Part shown: positions 1 to 8,559 of the stretch, piece after piece
Numbering within the stretch: the stretch's first letter is position 1
How the letters are laid out: every line of letters starts with the position of its first letter
Origin: an uncultured delta proteobacterium
GTDB lineage: Bacteria > Desulfobacterota > Desulfobacteria > Desulfobacterales > CAVQMW01
DNA length: 64,000 bases
Assembly (NCBI GenBank): GCA_963713755.1
Contig: CAVQMW010000007.1
Location: 220,465-284,464, forward strand
Reading direction: 5' to 3'
Position numbers and translations under genes: made by a program
The notes under the pieces: generated by a model
The model's database searches: none
The model's input: the letters and a program-made list of their open reading frames with translations, nothing else
What the model was told of the DNA's origin: nothing

Positions 1-576
1 GATTCGGGCAGCCCGAAGGCGGTCAGGGTCTGGAGCAGGCCCGCCCGCCGGTCACCGCCCAGCCGGGCGTCTAGGGCCGGCAGCACCGTATCGGCCAGCA
101 TGCGGTGCATCTCCCCGGGCACCCCGGGCAAAAAGAAAAAATCGCAGCGCTCCAGGCTGAGGCGAAACCCGGCCGCCGTTCCCAGGGGGTTGTCGATGAC
201 CCGGGCAGTTTCCGGCAGCATGGCCTGTTTGCGGTTGGAGGGCGCCATGGGGCGCTGGCGGCGCTGGTAAAAGCGCTCGGTCACCGCAAACGCATCCGGA
301 TGAAATACCAGCGGATCGCCCACGGCCAAGGCCGCGGCTTCCGCGGAGCGGTCGTCGCTGGTGGGCCCCAGGCCTCCGGTCACCAGGACCACCCGGGCCC
401 GGGCCGCGCTCTCCTGAAAGACCGCCACCAGCTGCCGCAGGTCATCTCCGGTGGTGGTGTGACGGCCCACGGTAAGGCCGATAGCCTCCAATTGCCCGGC
501 GATGTAAGCGGAGTTGCTGTCCACCAGGGCGCCGGTGCGGATCTCGTCTCCGGTGGCGATAATTTCTGCGATCATC
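1..576 (-). CDS. cinA: CinA-family protein, N-terminal MoCF-biosynthesis-like domain (3' end runs off the window)
   Basis: Absent from the ORF track because there is no stop in the window. My reverse-strand translation starts at the ATG (CAT at 574-576). It reads MIAEIIATGDEIRTGALVDSNSAYIAGQLEAIGLTV...VVLVTGGLGPTSDDRSAEA...NRKQAMLPE...NPLGTAAGF...FFLPGVPGEM, the canonical CinA N-terminal pattern. Confidence 0.8.
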
Positions 577-626
577 GCGGCGATAACTTTCGTTTCAAAG
601 GGGTGGCGGGGTCAGGTGTAAGCAGG

Positions 627-1124
627 TCAGTGATCGGCCTTCCACTCCTCGATGCATTGATTACATTGGGGGTCGTGGTTGCCGCCCCGCCGGCAAAATT
701 CGATGAACGATTCCAGCCAGGCTTTCCCCGCCCGGGGGCAGGTATTAATGTATTGGATGAAACAGATCAAGCGTTCCTTGGTGGTTTTATCGATGGCATG
801 CTCCATCTTGCAGGCGGTGGCCTCGGCGATTTCGGGATCGATTTGCAGGACATTGAGCAGGAAATCCCGCAGCACGGCATGGCGATGAGCAATCTCCCGA
901 GCGATTTTGCGCCCGCTGGCGGTCAAGGTGATGTAGCTGTAGGGCTCATAGTGGATAAACCCTTTTTCACCCAAGCCTTTGAGCGCCCCGGAAGCCGATC
1001 CGCGCTGGACCCCCAGACGGTCGGCGATATCCTTGACCCGGGCCACCTTGTGAACCGATTCCAGCTCAAATATCGCCTCCAGGTAATTCTCCATATTGTC
1101 GGAAAGCTGCTCTTCCTCGATCAT
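627..1124 (-). CDS. DtxR/MntR-family metal-dependent transcriptional regulator with a Cys-rich C-terminal tail
   Basis: 165 aa. The N-terminus reads NMENYLEAIFELE...ARVKDIADRLGVQRGSASGALKGLGEKGFI (wHTH). HRHAVLRDFL is the dimerisation/metal domain. The tail has CPRAG..FC..CNQC. It is divergent from feoA. Confidence 0.88.
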   Translation of the reverse strand: MIEEEQLSDNMENYLEAIFELESVHKVARVKDIADRLGVQRGSASGALKGLGEKGFIHYEPYSYITLTASGRKIAREIAHRHAVLRDFLLNVLQIDPEIAEATACKMEHAIDKTTKERLICFIQYINTCPRAGKAWLESFIEFCRRGGNHDPQCNQCIEEWKADH

Positions 1125-1289
1125 AACCCCCCCCTTACACCCCTTTGTAACCTTGGGCTGCCGGTTGGATTCAAAAGAAGGTGAGGGGTATCACGATTTT
1201 GATAGGCGGATCAACTTTTTTTATTGACAGCGGATTTTGTTTGGAATACCTAACATTCTTCCCCAACCGATCTCACAGCGGAGAAATCC

Positions 1290-1523
1290 ATGGCGAGAGT
1301 GAATATGCGACAGATGCAAAAAGGCCAGGCCGGGGTGATCCGCGCCGTGAAAGCCCAGGGCGAACTGGGCCGGCGGATCCGCGATATGGGACTGGTTCCC
1401 GGCACCGCGATCAAAATCCAGGGCCGGGCGCCCTTGAAGGACCCGGTGGCCTTGCGGGTGATGGGCTTTACCCTCTCGTTGCGCAACAATGAGGCCGACT
1501 ATATTGATGTGGAGGTCATTTAG
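1290..1523 (+). CDS. feoA: Ferrous iron transport protein A
   Basis: 77 aa, small SH3-like FeoA pattern (GQAGVIRAV...RRIRDMGLVPGTAIKI...PLKDPVAL). Its stop TAG overlaps the feoB GTG start by 1 nt. Confidence 0.9.
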   Translation: MARVNMRQMQKGQAGVIRAVKAQGELGRRIRDMGLVPGTAIKIQGRAPLKDPVALRVMGFTLSLRNNEADYIDVEVI

Positions 1524-3736
1524 TGGAGACGATCATCGCCTTGGCCGGCAACCCCAACGCCGGCAAAACCACCCTCTTCAACGCCCTGACCGGCGCCCGG
1601 CAGCACGTGGGCAACTATCCGGGGGTCACCGTTGAAAAAAAAGAGGGTCTCTACATCAACAACGGCCACCGCTTCAATATCGTCGACCTGCCGGGCACCT
1701 ACTCCCTGACCGCCTACTCCCAGGAAGAGGTGGTGGCCCGGGATTTTCTGGTCAATGAAAAGCCGCGGCTGGTGATCAATATCATTGACGCGGCCAACCT
1801 GGAACGCAATCTCTACCTCACCATCCAGCTGCGGGAGATGGGCATTCCGGTCTGCCTGGCCCTCAATATGATGGACGTGGCCGCCAGCCGGGGCATCACC
1901 ATCGACCACCAAAAACTGGCGCAGCTCATGGGCATTGCCGTGGTTCCCACCGTGGCTCGCCGGGGCACCGGCAAGCGCGAACTGATGAACGAAGCCGCCC
2001 GCATGGTGGCCCAGCACGTCAATGGCAGCCCCATGGTGATCTCCTACGGCAAGGATGTCGACCTGGCCCTGGATCGCATGGAAGCCCGCATCCGGGAAAC
2101 CGGGTTTTTGGAGCGTATCGGACCGGCCCGCTGGATCGCCCTGAAATATATGGAGAAAGACAGCCAGGTGATTGCCAAGGGGCATCAGACCGACAGCCGG
2201 ATTTCCAGCGAGCTGGAAGGCATCACCCAGCAGGTGGCGGAGCATCTGCTCAGCACCCTAGACACCTATCCCGAGGCGGTCATCGCCGACCACCGCTATG
2301 GCTACATCCACGCCCTGGTACGCCAGGGGGTGGTTCAACGCAAGATCGATCAAGATCGGCTCTTTATGTCCGACAAGATCGACCGCGTGGTGATGAACCG
2401 CTTTCTGGGGCCGATTCTCATGGTGGCCGTGATCTTCGGTCTCTACCACTTCACCTTTTCATACAGCGAAGTGCCCGTGGGCTGGATGGGGGCGGTGTTC
2501 GGCGGGTTGGGCAGCTTGGCGGACGGCCTTCTGCCCGACGGTCTGCTCAAATCCCTGGTGATTTCGGGCATCATCGACGGCGTGGGCGGGGTGATGGGGT
2601 TTGTGCCCCTGATCATGTTCATGTTTCTGGGGGTCTCCCTGCTGGAAGATTCGGGTTATCTGGCCCGGGTGGCCTTTATGTTGGACCGCATCTTTCGGAT
2701 CTTCGGCCTCCACGGCAGTTCGGTGATGGCCTTTATCGTTTCCGGCGGCATTGCCGGAGGCTGCGCCGTGCCCGGGGTGATGGCCACCCGTACCCTGAAA
2801 TCGCCCCGGGAACGGCTGGCCACCCTGCTCACCGTGCCCTTTATGAATTGCGGCGCCAAACTGCCGGTGTTCGCCCTGCTGGTGGCCGCCTTTTTTGCGG
2901 AAAAAGAGGCTCTGGTGATGCTGGTGATCACCCTGGTCTCCTGGTGCGGGGCTCTGCTGATTGCCCGCCTGTTGCGCTCCACGGTGATCCGGGGCGGTGC
3001 GACCCCCTTCGTCATGGAGCTGCCGCCTTACCGACTGCCCACCTTCAAGGGATTGATGATCCATACCTGGGAGCGCACCTGGCAATATATGAAAAAGGCC
3101 GGCACCGTGATCTTGGGTATATCGGTCATTTTATGGGCCATGATGACCTTTCCGGGACTGCCCGAGGAAGAGCGGGCACGACTTGAGGCCCAACGCCAAA
3201 GCCTGCTGACCACTGCCGACCCTGAATCCGCCGCCCAGATTGAAACTCCTTCGGCGACGAACCCGGCGCCCTCGCCGGAACTCGCTGAACTCAAGGCCCG
3301 CTTAAGCGCCCTTGAGCGCCAGCGATCGGAGATGACCTTGCGCGGTTCCCTGGCCGGCCGCCTGGGAGCCGCTTTGGAACCGGTCAGCCGCTGGGCCGGG
3401 TTCGACTGGCAGACCAACATTGCCCTTTTGGGCGGTTTTGCCGCCAAGGAAGTGATCGTCTCCACCCTGGGCACCGCCTATTCCATGAGCCAAACCCAGG
3501 CCCAGGAAGGTCGGCCGCTTTCCGCAAAATTGGCGGCCAATCCCGCCTGGAGCCCGGTGACCGCCATCAGCTTGATGGTTTTTACCATTTTTTACGCCCC
3601 CTGCTTCGTCACTGTGGTGTGCATTGTCCGTGAATCAGGGTCCTGGAAATGGGGTGTGTTCTCCATGGCCTTCAACACGGCGCTGGCCTTCAGCCTGGCC
3701 ACGGTGGTGTATCAGCTGGGATCGATCTGGAGTTAA
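1523..3736 (+). CDS. feoB: Ferrous iron transporter B (GTPase plus permease)
   Basis: 737 aa. N-terminal G-domain AGNPNAGKTTLFNALTG, DLPGTYSL, followed by polytopic membrane domains. Confidence 0.97.
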   Translation: METIIALAGNPNAGKTTLFNALTGARQHVGNYPGVTVEKKEGLYINNGHRFNIVDLPGTYSLTAYSQEEVVARDFLVNEKPRLVINIIDAANLERNLYLTIQLREMGIPVCLALNMMDVAASRGITIDHQKLAQLMGIAVVPTVARRGTGKRELMNEAARMVAQHVNGSPMVISYGKDVDLALDRMEARIRETGFLERIGPARWIALKYMEKDSQVIAKGHQTDSRISSELEGITQQVAEHLLSTLDTYPEAVIADHRYGYIHALVRQGVVQRKIDQDRLFMSDKIDRVVMNRFLGPILMVAVIFGLYHFTFSYSEVPVGWMGAVFGGLGSLADGLLPDGLLKSLVISGIIDGVGGVMGFVPLIMFMFLGVSLLEDSGYLARVAFMLDRIFRIFGLHGSSVMAFIVSGGIAGGCAVPGVMATRTLKSPRERLATLLTVPFMNCGAKLPVFALLVAAFFAEKEALVMLVITLVSWCGALLIARLLRSTVIRGGATPFVMELPPYRLPTFKGLMIHTWERTWQYMKKAGTVILGISVILWAMMTFPGLPEEERARLEAQRQSLLTTADPESAAQIETPSATNPAPSPELAELKARLSALERQRSEMTLRGSLAGRLGAALEPVSRWAGFDWQTNIALLGGFAAKEVIVSTLGTAYSMSQTQAQEGRPLSAKLAANPAWSPVTAISLMVFTIFYAPCFVTVVCIVRESGSWKWGVFSMAFNTALAFSLATVVYQLGSIWS

Positions 3737-3742
3737 TCCGTT

Positions 3743-3988
3743 ATGCAAACCCTCATCGTGATCCTCATCGTGGCGGCGGCGCTATTTTGGGCCGTGCGCC
3801 ACTTCCAGCGCCTGTTCAGCGCCAAAACCGAAAACCCCTGCGGTTGCGGCTGCAGCGGCTGCAACGGCACCCCCGGCCGGGACAAAGGGCTGGATTGTCC
3901 CTCACAGCAGACTCAGGAGCCCCTGGCTCAACATTCACCGGACCCAACCCGGGAGAACGGTTCGTCCAACCCCCCAGGAGTCGTATAG
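3743..3988 (+). CDS. FeoB-associated Cys-rich small membrane protein (with an extended hydrophilic tail)
   Basis: 81 aa, 6 nt after feoB. It has one N-terminal TM helix (LIVILIVAAALFWAV) followed by CGCGCSGCNG, the signature of the FeoB-associated Cys-rich family. Confidence 0.7.
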   Translation: MQTLIVILIVAAALFWAVRHFQRLFSAKTENPCGCGCSGCNGTPGRDKGLDCPSQQTQEPLAQHSPDPTRENGSSNPPGVV

Positions 3989-4029
3989 AGAGCCTTGTGT
4001 CTGGCGTCTGGTTAACCTGCGCCTGAAAA

Positions 4030-4066
4030 AACCCGCGCCTGAAAATGGCACGGGTTTTTCGTTTTT
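4030..4066 (+). terminator. Rho-independent terminator after the feo operon
   Basis: Stem ACCCGcGCC / GGCaCGGGT with loop tgaaaat, followed by TTTTTCGTTTTT. Confidence 0.7.
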
Positions 4067-4132
4067 AAGCCACGCGGTTGACCGGCAGGGGCGAAAAAAT
4101 ATTGACATCCCGGCGGTTAAAATGGTTTTAAT

Positions 4133-4147
4133 TGATAATAGTTCTCA
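4133..4147. promoter_or_regulatory. Candidate Fur/PerR-type 7-1-7 box upstream of rubrerythrin
   Basis: TGATAAT-A-GTTCTCA compared with the remembered consensus TGATAAT-N-ATTATCA (12/14 matches). It lies 155 nt upstream of the rubrerythrin ATG in an AT-rich patch. Confidence 0.35.
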
Positions 4148-4301
4148 CTAAAAATGGATTATTCCATTAACAATCCCCCTCAAATGGGCGTGTACACTTC
4201 GAACAGGTATGGCGGGTTCCCGAAACCGGCCGTGCTGAGTTTGGTCCCTTCTCCCCCTTAGGGAGATAATATTTAACCTCAAAATCATAGGAGAAAGCTT
4301 C

Positions 4302-4877
4302 ATGCCGACTTTGAAAGGAAGTCAAACCGAAAAAAACCTGTTGGGATCCTTTGCCGGAGAATCTCAGGCCCGCAACCGCTACACCTACTTTGCCGGCCAA
4401 GCCAAAAAGGACGGATTTGTTCAGATCGCCGACATTTTTGAAGAGACGGCCCATCAGGAAAAGGAACACGCCAAACGTTTTTTCAAGTTTCTGGAGGGCG
4501 GGGAAGTGGAAATCGTGGCTGCTTTCCCGGCAGGGGTCATCGGGAGCACCCTGGAGAACCTGAAGGCCGCCGCCGCCGGCGAGCGCTTCGAGCACACTGA
4601 ACTCTATCCAGGCTTTGCCAAGGTGGCCCGGGAAGAAGGCTTTGAAGCCCCGGCCCTGATATGGGAAATGATCAGCGTGGCTGAAAAACAGCATGAAAAG
4701 CGGTATGTGGAGCTGGCGGGCAACATCGAGGCCGACCGGGTTTTCAAACGGCCTGAATCGGTGGTGTGGCGTTGCCGCAATTGCGGCTACCTCCATGCGG
4801 GCACGGAAGCCCCCCAGATGTGCCCGGCCTGCGCCCATCCCCAGGCCCATTTCGAGCTGCTGGGGGAAAACTGGTAG
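4302..4877 (+). CDS. rbr: Rubrerythrin
   Basis: 191 aa. Four-helix di-iron ExxH motifs (EKEHAKRF, EKQHEKRY) plus a C-terminal rubredoxin-like CRNCG...CPAC. Confidence 0.95.
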   Translation: MPTLKGSQTEKNLLGSFAGESQARNRYTYFAGQAKKDGFVQIADIFEETAHQEKEHAKRFFKFLEGGEVEIVAAFPAGVIGSTLENLKAAAAGERFEHTELYPGFAKVAREEGFEAPALIWEMISVAEKQHEKRYVELAGNIEADRVFKRPESVVWRCRNCGYLHAGTEAPQMCPACAHPQAHFELLGENW

Positions 4878-4929
4878 GATCGTTTAACGGTATAGCCGGC
4901 ACCGGCTGGCGTCGCTAAGGTTCCATGAA

Positions 4930-4952
4930 GGGGCGGGTTTGAAACCCGCCCC
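4930..4952. repeat. GC hairpin repeat (family D)
   Basis: Perfect hairpin GGGGCGGGTTT-g-AAACCCGCCCC. Degenerate relatives are at 21868-21890, 32180-32207 and 36097-36124. Confidence 0.8.
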
Positions 4953-5077
4953 CTCATGTCTGAACGGCAGATGGTCAGAGCCAACTCTTGATTGGGGATC
5001 TTTTCCAACCTAAAAAGGAAAAATCCTCCCAACCCCCTTTAAAATAGGGAGAATCGACCCTGCCCTTGAATGCAGGC

Positions 5078-5653
5078 TCAGGAACTTGCGGTCTTGGGGC
5101 GTGATTTTCGATACACGGGCAGGCCGCGGATTTTCATCCTGCGGATTTCATTGCGGACTTCAAAGTCCGCTATTTTTTGCAGATCAACACTCGAAAGTCG
5201 GGGAACCGCCACCACCGGACGCAGCCGGCGGATTTTACGGCGGCGAACCCCGGCGCCTTCCAGCTCCTCCACCTGAAGGATGCCCAGCAGCGTGTAAGGG
5301 GTCGGCGCTGCATCCATGATATCCATCACGGCTTCATCACATCTGAGATTATTGACAAACAGATCCAAAGGATTGCGGGTCCAGCGGGTGTCGAAAACAA
5401 TTTGGCTCAACTTTTGCCGGTAGCCCACGAGACGCCATTTGACGACCCGGCGATTGTTGATCACAGCCACGGCCGAGAAGGTCAGCGAGCGGCCCTCCTG
5501 CGCCGTGGTATCACTGTTATAGCTCAGGTAGTGCATGTTCTGGGTCTCACCGGGCATCCCGCCGATGATCAGAACTTCGCGGAGCAGGCGCACATTGGGT
5601 GCTACCACCCGGCTTACCGCGGTCAGCAAGTCGTCAATAAAGTCATGGCCCAT
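5078..5653 (-). CDS. Hypothetical protein with a basic C-terminal tail
   Basis: 191-aa ORF. Its composition looks more protein-like than the overlapping plus-strand 183-aa ORF. I recognise no family. Confidence 0.5.
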   Translation of the reverse strand: MGHDFIDDLLTAVSRVVAPNVRLLREVLIIGGMPGETQNMHYLSYNSDTTAQEGRSLTFSAVAVINNRRVVKWRLVGYRQKLSQIVFDTRWTRNPLDLFVNNLRCDEAVMDIMDAAPTPYTLLGILQVEELEGAGVRRRKIRRLRPVVAVPRLSSVDLQKIADFEVRNEIRRMKIRGLPVYRKSRPKTASS

Positions 5654-5696
5654 GGTATGGTTCCTTCCGCGCTCCGCCGCTTAATCTCAACTCCGC

Positions 5697-6158
5697 TCAA
5701 CTCACATGGGGCATCAAGGCCCACTTGATGACCCAGCCGCCTTTGTCCGGATCATCCTCCAAACAAACAATCCCGCCATTTTGGAATTTAAAGACCGGCT
5801 TTTCCGCCTTTACGGTAATCAGATAGGCGCAGAGTCGCTCCATGAAGGGCAAGTGGCCCACCAGCATACGCCCGCTATCGCTACGCAAGCTCTGGGCCAG
5901 GGGAACCACATCATCCAGAGGTTTGATGCCCGCAACGGCCGCCAGACCCTGGTAGGGTGCGAGCCTATCCGCCAAGATTTCAGCGGTTTGCCGCGCGCGG
6001 GCTTTCCCGCTGTGCTCAATCCGCGCCACCTTCACGCCATAGGCCATGGCCGTGTCGGCAATTCGCCGCACATCTCTCCGCCCCTCCGTGGCGAGGCCCT
6101 GCTCGGGATCCTCGCTCTTGGGCAGGCTCTTGCCGTGCTGAACCAGAAAAATCGCCAT
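5697..6158 (-). CDS. sixA: Phosphohistidine phosphatase SixA / histidine phosphatase family
   Basis: 153 aa. It has a LVQHGKS N-terminal motif in place of the canonical RHG, HSGKARARQTAE and GHLPF. Confidence 0.8.
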   Translation of the reverse strand: MAIFLVQHGKSLPKSEDPEQGLATEGRRDVRRIADTAMAYGVKVARIEHSGKARARQTAEILADRLAPYQGLAAVAGIKPLDDVVPLAQSLRSDSGRMLVGHLPFMERLCAYLITVKAEKPVFKFQNGGIVCLEDDPDKGGWVIKWALMPHVS

Positions 6159-6188
6159 GGCGGCCTCCTTTCAAGTAGAAAAGGGTCT

Positions 6189-6410
6189 AAATCCCCCCCA
6201 ACCCCCCTTTATAAAGGGGGGTGCAGAAACGATACCCCCTAGCCCCCTTCTCCAGAGGCGGAAACCATTACCCCGGCCGCCGCGCCCTTTCGCGTAAGGT
6301 CGATCCTTCCGGCGGCAATCCCCAAAAGTAGAGGCGAAAAATTTTCGCCCCTCCCCGGGAGCATGGCCGGTTCCCCCTTTGCCAAAGGGGGTTAGGGGGA
6401 TTTCTCCTTT
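6189..6410. repeat. Composite intergenic repeat (family A)
   Basis: AAATCCCCCCCAACCCCCCTTTatAAAGGGGGG ... GTAGAGGCGAAAAATTTTCGCCCCTCC ... TTCCCCCTTTGCCAAAGGGGGTTAGGGGGATTTCTCC. It is collinear with the copy at 21284-21649. Confidence 0.85.
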
Positions 6411-6451
6411 CAAGACAAAGGCATTTAAAATATGACTGGCAGCAACTTTGC

Positions 6452-7432
6452 CTATTCGTGGATGGCTTCAATTGATGACGGCACCTTCGAGGCCGGCGGG
6501 ATCAGTTGAATCTCAAAGATCAGGGACCAACGCTTACCGGTAACCCACAGGCGGTCTTGCCCGGGATCGTGGGCAATGCCGTTGAGCACGCTATCCGGCA
6601 GACCGTCGGAGGCCCGGGCCACCAGACCGCCCAGGTCCACCCAGGCCTCAACCCGGCCGGTCTCCGGATCGATTATCGCCAGCCGCTGGGTCATCCATAT
6701 ATTGGCCCAAACCTGGCCGTGGATGTATTCCAACTCGTTGATGCGGGTGATCGGCCGCCCGTTTTCCCGGACATCAAGGGTGTGATGGAGCTGAAATGTG
6801 TCAAATGTGCGAAAGTAAAGTTTGTCGGACCCGTCACTCTGAATAAAATAAAGCCCGTTGTGGGTCAAGCCCCAGCCTTCGGTGGGATAGGAAAAGGTGC
6901 CCAGAAGTTCGAGATCGCGGCGGCGGTAAACAAACCCGACGCGCCCCTGCCAGGTCAGTTGGTAGAGATCTCCATCGTACAGAGCCAGGCCTTCGCCGAA
7001 ATAAGCTTCCGGCAAAGATTTCCGCCGCAACACACGGCCGTTCGCCGGATCGATCTCCCGAAGGGTCGAGCGCCCCCGCAAGCCGGTGCTTTCGAAAAAC
7101 CGGTCCCGGTCAAACAGAAGGCCCTGGGTAAACGCCTGAGGGTCGTGGGGTACGGTCGCCACCACCCGGTAGCCGAAGCTGGGCACGTGGGATAGGCCCT
7201 TTAGCCACTGGATCGCCGCCCGGGGGGTCAGAGGCCCGGGGGAACCCGGAGGGACCCCAGCCTCCGCCGATCCCCGGAGCGGGCCGCTGAAGATCAGCAG
7301 CAACAGCCAGAGCGCAAGAACCAGCCTCTTTCCCCGGACGAGCGGGCGCCCCTTAAGGTGCGGCGGCCGGATGGGTTTCCAACTCCAGCACGCCCCGCTC
7401 CCCAGCGCACCCCAAGTGCGATCAGGTTTCAT
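6452..7432 (-). CDS. Glutaminyl-peptide cyclotransferase (beta-propeller, plant/bacterial type), secreted
   Basis: The core reads PHDPQAFTQGLLF...FESTGLRGRSTLREID...GEGLALYDGDLYQLTWQ...GWGLTHNG...ELEYIHGQVWANIW...LNGIAHD. A hydrophobic leader LVLALWLLLLIFSG is present. I chose the start at the internal ATG (MKPDR) to limit overlap with the upstream ORF. The start is uncertain. Confidence 0.8.
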   Translation of the reverse strand: MKPDRTWGALGSGACWSWKPIRPPHLKGRPLVRGKRLVLALWLLLLIFSGPLRGSAEAGVPPGSPGPLTPRAAIQWLKGLSHVPSFGYRVVATVPHDPQAFTQGLLFDRDRFFESTGLRGRSTLREIDPANGRVLRRKSLPEAYFGEGLALYDGDLYQLTWQGRVGFVYRRRDLELLGTFSYPTEGWGLTHNGLYFIQSDGSDKLYFRTFDTFQLHHTLDVRENGRPITRINELEYIHGQVWANIWMTQRLAIIDPETGRVEAWVDLGGLVARASDGLPDSVLNGIAHDPGQDRLWVTGKRWSLIFEIQLIPPASKVPSSIEAIHE

Positions 7433-7640
7433 AATGGCGGGGATCGTCGACAAACTGTAAAAATGCAGTTTCTTGCAGGTACTTTGAAACCAATTCACTC
7501 ACTTTATCCGCGGTATCCACGCGATAGTGGCCCTTTTCGTCCGGTGCCGTATGGGCCTTGCAGCGGCTGACGATGGTCTGCAGGGCCGCTTCCGGCAAGT
7601 CGATGTTGACATGGACCCGCAATGTCGGTTGAGATGCCAT
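7422..7640 (-). CDS. Small hypothetical protein (72 aa)
   Basis: A strong RBS AAGGAGG sits 5 nt upstream of the ATG. The ORF overlaps the cyclotransferase start by 11 nt. No family recognised. Confidence 0.55.
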   Translation of the reverse strand: MASQPTLRVHVNIDLPEAALQTIVSRCKAHTAPDEKGHYRVDTADKVSELVSKYLQETAFLQFVDDPRHYET

Positions 7641-7838
7641 ACACCCTCCTTATTGTAACATTTTCTCCGGGCCGGGGACCAGGGGCTCGCACTTCCCTGG
7701 GCCGCGGCCGTAACCCGTGGCCTTTCATTGACATATTTGCTAAGGGGTACGATGTTGAGAATCCTACTGTCAAGGATTGACGGAAGGGGCTTTCATCCGC
7801 CCTTGCCGGCCCCTTGATTCGGGCTGAAAAAACGGAAA

Positions 7839-8339
7839 ATGAACATCATGACGCACCCCACCCATCCCCGCCGCATCGGGGTGATTTCCGATACCCATGG
7901 TCACCTGGACCCCCAAGTGGCCAAAGTTTTGGCGGACGTGGACCTGATTCTGCACGCCGGGGATATCGACACCCCCGCGGTTTTGCGGCAATTGGAGCAG
8001 ATCGCACCAGTGGTGGCCGTGAGGGGCAATATGGACCAGGGCAGCTGGGCCCGGAACCTGAAGTCCCGCGAACTGATTCCCATGGGAAAACATTGGATCT
8101 ATATGCTCCATGATTGCACCCGCCTGGATCTCGATCCCCGAAACGCCGACATCCGGCTGATCATCCACGGCCACACCCACCGGGCCGAGCTGAAGTCCCA
8201 GCAAGAGATCACCTACCTCAACCCCGGCAGCGCCAGCCTGCCCCGGGGTGCCCAGCCCCCCAGCCTGGCCATTGTTCATCTCAATTCCAGGGGAGATTCC
8301 CCCCCTACCCCCCGGGTGGAGCTGATTGAACTCGAGTAG
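7839..8339 (+). CDS. YfcE/MJ0936-family metallophosphoesterase
   Basis: 166 aa with the motifs ISDTHG, HAGD, VRGNMD and GHTH in the canonical order. Confidence 0.9.
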   Translation: MNIMTHPTHPRRIGVISDTHGHLDPQVAKVLADVDLILHAGDIDTPAVLRQLEQIAPVVAVRGNMDQGSWARNLKSRELIPMGKHWIYMLHDCTRLDLDPRNADIRLIIHGHTHRAELKSQQEITYLNPGSASLPRGAQPPSLAIVHLNSRGDSPPTPRVELIELE

Positions 8340-8559
8340 GGCCGGCCAGGCCAACGCCTCGCTCCATGGCCCGGGAGCGCAAGCATTCCCATTGAAATTT
8401 AGGTGCGCTGTCGGAGGCTCAGGCAGATCCGGAACCTTTGACGCGGGTGGGTTTTTCCGCTAAGAGAGGGCATTTCTTTGGCTTGGGGCGGCGCTGAGCC
8501 GTTCCAACCGATCCCCCGTCGCAATCGCTGTTCACTCTTGACGATCATTGGAGCACACC

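Noticed and set aside
105-1184. 359-aa plus-strand ORF, the longest ORF at the left end.
   Set aside because: It lies antisense to two well-supported genes, the CinA-like gene at 1-576 and the DtxR-like gene at 627-1124. It has a Gly/Arg/Pro/His-rich, low-information composition typical of shadow frames in GC-rich DNA.
6171-6471. Small ORFs inside repeat regions (6171-6413, 6268-6471, 10645-10926, 10812-11159, 21131-21631, 21196-21501, 21615-21932, 21670-21903).
   Set aside because: They are made almost entirely of dispersed or tandem repeat sequence (PPF.KGG, FETRPY-like and AGMT-like translations). They lack RBS signals and occur in both orientations, so I treat them as non-coding repeats.
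8548-8559. TTG start at 8548 for the transketolase-family gene. Similar upstream alternative starts were considered for 18755, 23047, 24686, 36089, 36782, 40447, 41743, 43824, 46032, 46534, 49803, 54909, 57311 and 61479.
   Set aside because: Downstream ATG or GTG codons have better-placed Shine-Dalgarno sequences. They also avoid overlaps with upstream genes and match the conserved N-termini of the families. The upstream extensions look like non-coding translation.
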